Below, in pieces: positions 18,235 to 24,898 of a DNA stretch of 24,898 bases. Below the pieces are notes generated by a model. It did not search any database and was not told the origin of the DNA. It saw nothing but the letters and a program-made list of their open reading frames with translations. Source of the stretch: a virus (Duplodnaviria; Heunggongvirae; Uroviricota; Caudoviricetes); the IMG/VR virus record IMGVR_UViG_2718218305_000013. One strand, 5' to 3'. A program made the position numbers and the translations under genes. Every line of letters begins with the position of its first letter. Positions within the stretch are counted from its first letter, which is position 1.

Positions 18235-19028
18235 TATTTAGCCCTCACCAGAAAGTTAAATGCAATATTTCGCGGTCTGACTGCAACAAAATTCACACCA
18301 TCACCCACAGAGTTACTGGTGAAATTAAATCGTGAAAATCCTGGCTGATTTCCGGCGATGCCATCATGAAAGTTAATTGCGTGTCCCGCACCTTCGCCTA
18401 TATTCCCGGCAAACTGAGAAAAGTTTGTAGCTGCCTGCCAGCTTAATAATTCGCGACCACCGTCTGCACCTCGCCCGTCATCCCAGATACGAATGAAATC
18501 ACCGCGGGCTTCAGGTAATACCAGCGAAGGAAACACTTTCGCCAGCACAGGATAATCAGTGGCAGAGAATTTCGCGCCGTTGAACTTCAAAAACACCATA
18601 CAGGACCAGCTGTCGATTACAGTATTTGGCATTGCAGCGGACGGCCAGAAGAACGGAACGCCAATAGCTGGAGCACCTTCTCCCAAACCAAGGTTTTGAA
18701 GAGCCGTTTTCACCGTGCCGTCCGATTTGATATCGCCAAACGGATTCTTGCGGCTCAGGTATTCAACAGCAAACCCCGATCCCAGCAATTCAACAAAACC
18801 GGGCAGATCACCATTATCAAGCACATCCCGTTGCGTTTTATCACTTACAAACTGGGCCAGAGCTGCAGCAATAAAGCTGGCCTGCCGAATAACCTTATTG
18901 ACTTGCGCACTGGATGCTTTCCCTGCTGTAAATCCGGATATAAGCGCAGGCAACGCTTCCCATTCCTCCTGCGACATAACATTGGCATTTCGATCAGTTG
19001 CAAACGCTTTAAAGTCATTTTTCGCCAT
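18234..19028 (-). CDS. stf: Tail fibre protein (constant N-terminal part plus current variable C-terminal part), 264 aa from ATG 19028
   Basis: MAKNDFKAF... start overlaps the upstream stop (TGATG); crossover site in frame; followed by tfa. Confidence 0.7.
18677..18696. repeat. Right inversion crossover site inside stf (constant/variable boundary)
   Basis: cttctcccaaaccaaggttt; inverted partner of 16827-16846; encodes the NLGLGE segment of Stf. Confidence 0.6.
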
Positions 19029-19339
19029 CAGAGTAATACTCCCCATGCCCCTACATCAAAACCACTGATGAATTCGTTATCCATATCAAAACCAAAAAAT
19101 TTAGAGCCTTCCGATGGAGTTTCCACCGAAGGTGTTTCAATGCCCCCCGCCCATACCCCGGCGGCTTTTACTGTTAGATACCCCTGTTTAATTGCCGCAA
19201 TTAACTCACGCGATACATCTGAAATATCAGTATCAGGAAAGACCCAGACCGATATCGTCATGTCCTGGTTATCGATGTTGGCGATCCGACGCATCTGCTC
19301 ACGGTCAAAGTTAACCATCTGTGCGGCGATGTTTTTCAT
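19028..19339 (-). pseudogene. P: Chimeric ORF: first 21 codons of lambda P fused in frame to the C-terminal 82 codons of an unidentified (presumably tail/baseplate) gene
   Basis: MKNIAAQMVNFDREQMRRIAN is the lambda P N-terminus; sequence diverges after codon 21 at about 19276/19277, where the plus strand reads ATCGAT. Confidence 0.75.
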
Positions 19340-20258
19340 AAATCCACCCCGTAAATCCAGTCAGTGTTTGTCAGGTCGAGTTTTGGTTTGCTGGCTGTCA
19401 CGCCTGCCTGTTGCTTGTTACGGTTGATTTCGAGCTGGGTCCACTTGTCGCGGAGTTTGGCCGGACTCAGCACGTTACCGGACCAGAAGTTGTCCTGGCA
19501 GGCCCAGCGGAAAAGCACACACATATCGCGGTGGTTACGTCCGTCACGTTCACGCATCAGGCGGATATCGTTAGCCCACCCAGCAAAATTCGGTTTTCTG
19601 GCTGATGGCGCGATGGTCTTCACCATGTCAAACATCCACTCTGCGGCGGTCAGGTCTTCTGCTGTTCCCCACTTGCTGCCGCTCTGAATTGCAGCATCCG
19701 GTTTAACCACAGAAAGATCGTTTTCTGGCTGGTCAGAGGATTCGCCAGAATTCTCGGACGAATAATCTTTTCTTTTTTCTTTTGTAATAGTGTCTTTTGT
19801 GTCCCCCTGTTTTGAGGGATAGCAATCCCCCAATTTGAGGGATAGCAATCCCCCAATTTGAGGGATGTTTTATCCCTCGTTTTAGGGGATTTTCCCTCGT
19901 TTTGAGGGATACACCATTCTGAGATGTTTTTATTTGGTCCAAACATGCCGCCTTGCTGCTTGATAATATTCATTCTGACGAGTTCTAACTTGGCTTCATT
20001 GCACCGTTTGACAGGTAACTTTGTAATCTCGCTAAGTTGAGAATCGGTGATTCTGTCCATTGGTTTATTCCACCCATAGGTTTTACGCAGAATGGCAAGC
20101 AGCACTTTAAACTGTCGCTTGGTCAGATCTGCGCCCGAATAAGCCTCAAGCAGCATATTTGATAGTCTGGCGTAACCATCATCGAGATCTGCCACATTAC
20201 GCTCCTGTCCGGCAAAGTTACCTCTGCCGAAGTTGAGTATTTTTGCTGTATTTGTCAT
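19336..20258 (-). pseudogene. O: Lambda O replication initiator gene, frameshifted by a 23-bp tandem duplication in the iteron region
   Basis: ORF 19650..20258 = O residues 1-141 then out-of-frame tail; ORF 19336..19848 = remaining 158 residues; 141+158 = 299 = lambda O length; SLKLGDCYPS is encoded twice, 23 nt apart. Confidence 0.85.
19806..19912 (-). repeat. ori lambda iterons inside O, five copies here (one 23-bp unit duplicated)
   Basis: Minus-strand repeats tccctcaaaacgaggga / atcccctaaaacgaggga / atccctcaaattgggggattgct (twice) / atccctcaaaacaggggga. Confidence 0.8.
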
Positions 20259-20290
20259 AATGACTCCTGTTGATAGATCCAGTAATGACC

Positions 20291-20584
20291 TCAGAACTCC
20301 ATCTGGATTTGTTCAGAACGCTCGGTTGCCGCCGGGCGTTTTTTATTGGTGAGAATCGCAGCAACTTGTCGCGCCAATCGAGCCATGTCGTCGTCAACGC
20401 CCCCCCATTCAAGAACAGCAAGCAGCATTGAGAACTTTGGAATCCAGTCTCTCTTCCACCTGCTGATCTGCGACTTATCAACTCCCACAGCTTCCGCTGT
20501 CTTCTCAGTTCCAAGCATTGCGATTTTGTTAAGCAACGCACTCTCGATTCGTAGAGCCTCGTTGCGTTTGTTTGCACGAACCAT
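20291..20584 (-). CDS. cII: Lambda cII transcriptional activator, 97 aa
   Basis: MVRANKRNEALRIESALLNKIAMLGTEKTAEAVGVDKSQISRWKRDWIPKF... from ATG 20584. Confidence 0.9.
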   Translation of the reverse strand: MVRANKRNEALRIESALLNKIAMLGTEKTAEAVGVDKSQISRWKRDWIPKFSMLLAVLEWGGVDDDMARLARQVAAILTNKKRPAATERSEQIQMEF

Positions 20585-20663
20585 ATGTAAGTATTTCCTT
20601 AGATAACAATTGATTGAATGTATGCAAATAAATGCATACACCATAGGTGTGGTTTAATTGGAT

Positions 20664-20696
20664 GCCCTTTTTCAGGGCTGGAATGTGTAAGAGCGG
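20664..20696 (-). promoter_or_regulatory. nutR (boxA gtaagagcg and boxB gccctgaaaaagggc) between cro and cII
   Basis: boxB hairpin at 20664-20678 and boxA at 20688-20696, read on the minus strand. Confidence 0.7.
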
Positions 20697-20702
20697 GGTT
20701 AT

Positions 20703-20912
<210 letters not shown>

Positions 20913-20929
20913 TTAGTACATGCAACCAT

Positions 20930-20993
20930 TATCACCGCCAGAGGTAAAGTAGTCAACACGCGCGGTGTTAGATATTTATCCCTTGCGGTGATA
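20930..20993. promoter_or_regulatory. OR1-OR2-OR3 operators with divergent PR/PRM promoters
   Basis: tatcaccgccagaggta (OR1), caacacgcgcggtgtta (OR2), tatcccttgcggtgata (OR3), between the cro and cI starts. Confidence 0.85.
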
Positions 20994-21000
20994 GATTTAA

Positions 21001-21717
<717 letters not shown>

Positions 21718-21775
21718 TAGGAAGTAAGTTTTATGTTGACGGCACAGTCAACTTGGCATAGATTAATTAAACCAA

Positions 21776-21835
21776 GCCCAGCCCCGTTCGCAGACAATTG
21801 TTAATATCTGCATAACGGCTCTGGGCTATTTTTTT
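21776..21835 (+). terminator. Long GC-rich hairpin followed by T7, strong rho-independent terminator after cI
   Basis: gcccagccccgtt...aacggctctgggc stem with nested gcaga/tctgc stem, then tattttttt; ends 10 nt before the next ORF's ATG. Confidence 0.6.
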
Positions 21836-21844
21836 GGGACTCTT

Positions 21845-22196
21845 ATGAAGAAAGCAGCAATTTTAATTGATGCGGGTTTTTTCATGCAGCGTGTTCATGC
21901 TACGCATCGTAAACACTTCGCCGAGCATGAACTGACTGCGCAATGCATAATGAAAGTAATATGGTCAATGGTTCTTTCCCATCTTAATGGAAAACGTCAA
22001 TCACAAGAACGTAGGGAACCGCTTGAGCTTTATAGAATTTACTTCTATGACTGTCCACCACTCGACATTCAAACACGCCTTCCACTTCCTGAGCCTGGCA
22101 ATAAGACGCCTGGTCGCAAGAATTTCAAACTCGAAAAATCATATATTCTGAGAACGGAGCTGCATGAAGAGTTAAGAAAAACTCGAAAAACAGCCT
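21845..22196 (+). pseudogene. 5' fragment (117 codons) of an unknown gene in the rexAB position, interrupted by IS insertion; possible NYN/PIN-like N-terminus
   Basis: MKKAAILIDAGFF... start fits the first strand of NYN/PIN-like domains (weak); reading frame runs into the IS left end at 22197; not RexA by sequence. Confidence 0.5.
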
Positions 22197-22238
22197 TGAA
22201 CCGCCCCGGGTTTCCTGGAGAGTGTTTTATCTGTGAAC

Positions 22239-23129
22239 TCAGGCTGCCAGATCATCGTTTCCGATGGAAGCATAATAAGCTTTTTCTGCTTCTGCCGGAG
22301 GAGTATGGCCCAGCCTTCCCAGCAATCGTCGATTGTTATACCAGTCCACCCACGTTAGTGTGGCCAGTTCCACTTCTGCACGGTTTTTCCAGCTCTTACG
22401 GTGTATTACCTCCGCTTTGTAAAGACCATTGATGCTCTCAGCCATCGCGTTGTCATACGAGTCGCCTGTACTCCCTGTTGATGCCAGTAATCCGGCTTCT
22501 TTTAGTCGCTCCGTATAGGCCAGTGACACATACTGAGAGCCTTTATCGCTGTGATGGATGGTGCCAGACGGACGACGGGCCCACAACGCCTGCTCCAGCG
22601 CATCCAGCACGAATGTCGTTTCCATAGACGATGAGACCCGCCACCCCACGATGTATCCGGCAAACACATCAATGATAAACGCCACATAGACGAAGCCCTG
22701 CCATGTGCTGACGTAAGTAAAATCAGCCACCCACAGCTGGTCAGGTCGTTCTGCCACGAACTGACGGTTTACGCGGTCGCCTGCGGCAACGGCTTTCCGG
22801 CTGATGGTCGTACGGACCTTTTTACCCCGGAGAACACCGGCAAGTCCCATAACCGCCATGAGACGTGCCACTGTACATCTGGCCACCCTGATTCCTTCCC
22901 GTAACAACTGACGCCAGACTTTACGCACACCGTACACCTGATGATTTTCATCGTATACGCGCTGTATCTCTCTCTTCAGCCAGTCGTCGTGCTGCGCACG
23001 GGCACTGCGTTTATCCGGATGATGTCGCTGTTGCTGACAATGGTAATACGTTGACGGGGCAATATGCAGTTCGCTGCATACCGGTCCGACCCCGTACTGC
23101 TCACGCAGCTTATCCAGCAGTGGCATCAT
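22239..23129 (-). CDS. IS3-family transposase OrfB (DDE catalytic domain), 296 aa
   Basis: DDE-type integrase core (WVADFTYV...HHSDKGSQY...[20 protein letters not shown]); -1 frame relative to orfA. Confidence 0.85.
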   Translation of the reverse strand: MMPLLDKLREQYGVGPVCSELHIAPSTYYHCQQQRHHPDKRSARAQHDDWLKREIQRVYDENHQVYGVRKVWRQLLREGIRVARCTVARLMAVMGLAGVLRGKKVRTTISRKAVAAGDRVNRQFVAERPDQLWVADFTYVSTWQGFVYVAFIIDVFAGYIVGWRVSSSMETTFVLDALEQALWARRPSGTIHHSDKGSQYVSLAYTERLKEAGLLASTGSTGDSYDNAMAESINGLYKAEVIHRKSWKNRAEVELATLTWVDWYNNRRLLGRLGHTPPAEAEKAYYASIGNDDLAA

Positions 23130-23452
23130 TTTTTCCAGAGGCGGTCGAACTCCGCCTTCGCAAAATAAGCGGAAGCCTGGCGAAGGATATCGTTACTGCG
23201 GCGCAGTTCACGATTTTCACGTTCCAGCTCTTTCAGACGCTGACGTTCAGCGCTGGTGAGCCCACCATCACCGCCCCCGGTATCCCGCTCATGCTGGCGA
23301 ACCCAGACACGCAGAGTCTCCGGCGTACAGCCAATCTTTGGGGCAATGGAACAAATTGCCGCCCACTGTGAGTCATATTCATCCTGACTTTCCAGAACCA
23401 TACGAATCGCCCGCTGACGGACTTCGGGGGAAAAACGAGTATTTTTAGTCAT
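23126..23452 (-). CDS. IS3-family transposase OrfA (HTH/leucine-zipper part), 108 aa
   Basis: [22 protein letters not shown]...[33 protein letters not shown] is the typical IS629/IS3 OrfA; ends in AAAAAATGA, overlapping the orfB start. Confidence 0.85.
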   Translation of the reverse strand: MTKNTRFSPEVRQRAIRMVLESQDEYDSQWAAICSIAPKIGCTPETLRVWVRQHERDTGGGDGGLTSAERQRLKELERENRELRRSNDILRQASAYFAKAEFDRLWKK

Positions 23453-23628
23453 CCTGTTTACCTCTTTCTCAGGGAGTTTAGTCTCCAGGAAACCCGGGGC
23501 GGTTCACCAATTGTATTTATTTTAAAATTAATAGGTGCAACTCACTAAACAACGCAATTCTGATCTCTCGATCACCTCCCAAGCCACACAACCCTGCAAA
23601 AAATAAATCTATATAAAAAACATACAGA

Positions 23629-23700
23629 TAACCATCTGCGGTGATAAATTATCTCTGGCGGTGTTGACACAAATACCACTAGCGGTGATACTAAGCACAT
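23629..23700 (+). promoter_or_regulatory. Lambda OL3-OL2-OL1 operators and PL promoter (-35 ttgaca, -10 gatact)
   Basis: aaccatctgcggtgata, tatctctggcggtgttg and taccactagcggtgata read directly; promoter drives rightward (plus) transcription toward N. Confidence 0.85.
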
Positions 23701-23732
23701 CAGCAGGACGCACTAACCACCATGAAGGTGAT

Positions 23733-23762
23733 GCTCTTAAAAATTAAGCCCTGAAGAAGGGC
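23733..23762 (+). promoter_or_regulatory. nutL (boxA-like tgctcttaaaaattaa and boxB gccctgaagaagggc)
   Basis: boxB hairpin at 23748-23762; boxA reads TGCTCTTA rather than the CGCTCTTA I remember for lambda. Confidence 0.65.
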
Positions 23763-23919
23763 AGCATTCAAAGCAGAAGGCTTTGGTGTGTGTGATACGA
23801 AACGAAGCATTGGCCGGAAGTGCGAATCCGGATTAGCAGCCAATGTGCCATTGCGGGGTGTTTTCGTTCAGGACTACGACTCCCACACACAACCAAAGCT
23901 AACTAACAGGAGAATCCAG

Positions 23920-24033
23920 ATGGATGCACAAACACGCCGCCGCGAACGTCGCGCAGAGAAACAGGCTCAATGGAAAGCAGATCGGATTCTGGCTTCAACA
24001 TTTCGCAGGAATGCAACTAAGAGACATTACTGA
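23920..24033 (+). pseudogene. N: Truncated lambda N: first 20 codons ([20 protein letters not shown]) then foreign out-of-frame sequence
   Basis: N start with GGAG RBS; after codon 20 the sequence continues into integrase coding sequence, giving a 37-codon ORF. Confidence 0.8.
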
Positions 24034-24898
24034 ATCAAAAATTTATTCAGCAATGCAGAAAATGACGAACCGGCGTCATGAGGAAAACTGGAAACTCAGG
24101 GCAGAAGCATGCAGAAAAAAAGGGAAACCTGTTCCAGAATACACGCCAAAACCAGCGTCCGTTGCAACGAAGGCTACGCATCTTTCATTTATAAAGGCCC
24201 TGCTAAGAGCCGCAGAGCGTGAATGGAAAATGCTCGATAAGGCACCAATTATTAAAGTGCCTCAACCAAAGAATAAACGGCTCCGCTGGCTGGAGCCCCA
24301 TGAAGCACAAAGGCTGATTGATGAATGTCCGGAGCCATTAAAGTCTGTTGTTGAATTTGCACTGGCAACAGGCTTAAGACGCTCGAACATCATCAACCTT
24401 GAATGGCAACAAATAGATATGCAGCGCCGGGTGGCATGGATAAACCCGGAAGAGAGTAAATCAAACCGCGCAATTGGCGTTGCGCTGAATGATACTGCAT
24501 GTCGCGTATTGAAAAAACAAATCGGTAATCATCACCGTTGGGTATTTGTGTACAAGGAAAGCTGTACCAAACCAGACGGAACGAAAGCGCCAACAGTAAG
24601 GAAGATGCGGTATGACGCAAACACAGCCTGGAAAGCGGCGCTGAGACGGGCTGGTATTGATGATTTCAGATTTCACGACTTGAGACACACCTGGGCAAGT
24701 TGGCTGGTTCAAGCCGGAGTCCCGTTGTCAGTGTTACAGGAAATGGGAGGCTGGGAGTCTATCGAAATGGTTCGTCGATATGCTCACCTTGCACCTAATC
24801 ACCTTACCGAACACGCACGGCAAATAGACTCGATCCTGAACCCATCGGTCCCAAATTTGTCCCAGTCAAAAAATAAGGAAGGTACTAATGATGTGTAA
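23981..24898 (+). pseudogene. int: C-terminal approximately 305 codons of a lambdoid tyrosine integrase (DLP12 IntD-like), N-terminally truncated and joined to N'
   Basis: [22 protein letters not shown]...[17 protein letters not shown]...VRRYAHL catalytic region resembles IntD from about residue 95 onward; stop at 24896-24898; the only upstream ATG in frame lies inside N'. Confidence 0.75.

Larger units (their letters stand above)
22197..23506 (-). mobile_element. IS3-family insertion sequence, IS629/IS1203-like, 1310 bp
   Basis: 25-bp terminal inverted repeats TGAACCGCCCCGGGTTTCCTGGAGA at both ends; orfA and orfB in -1 frame arrangement; no clear target-site duplication (flanks gcct / ccaa). 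Confidence 0.85.

Noticed and set aside
19271-19276. ClaI site (ATCGAT) at the P junction as proof of an engineered construct
   Set aside because: A single 6-bp site at a breakpoint is expected by chance fairly often and the N'/int junction has no matching cloning signature; kept only as a note within the junction finding.
18696-19427. 243-aa and 117-aa plus-strand ORFs overlapping stf, the P' fusion and O
   Set aside because: Antisense to recognisable lambda and tail-fibre coding sequence; no independent support.

Overview
Read by eye from the sequence and the supplied ORF track; no searches were run, so every family assignment rests on recognisable motifs and remembered reference sequences. 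Hand-read coordinates of non-coding motifs may be off by 1-2 nt. The window is a mosaic of mobile elements of the enterobacterial (E. coli-like) type. (1) About 127-13058 is a P4-like phage satellite: alpha primase/helicase, small upstream genes with an AlpA-like regulator, a sid-psu-delta(ogr) late operon behind a TGT-N12-ACA late promoter, a P4-type tyrosine integrase, and a 46-nt tRNA-Thr 3' fragment as att. Between delta and int, where P4-like satellites carry anti-phage cargo, sits a strongly AT-rich six-ORF operon (8389-11665). It encodes a PD-(D/E)xK (Mrr-like) nuclease domain, two unknown proteins, and an ABC/SMC-like ATPase split over three ORFs (Walker A head, coiled coil, Walker B head). 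I interpret this as a candidate Lamassu-like (LmuA/LmuC/LmuB, DdmABC-like) defence system with unusual frame interruptions; it is the main candidate for a novel system. (2) 13060-15200 is a small islet with an IS2-like transposase remnant, an AppY-like AraC-family regulator and a tRNA-Ser 3' fragment. (3) 15200 to the window end is a heavily deleted lambda-like prophage: a GIY-YIG-like moron, Pin invertase with an invertible tail-fibre/tail-fibre-assembly segment, then an abrupt junction to lambda P codon 21, O (frameshifted by a 23-bp duplication in ori lambda), cII, nutR, cro, OR, cI, a non-rex ORF in the rexAB position disrupted by an IS629-like element, OL/PL, nutL, and N truncated at codon 20 and fused to the C-terminal part of an IntD-like integrase.
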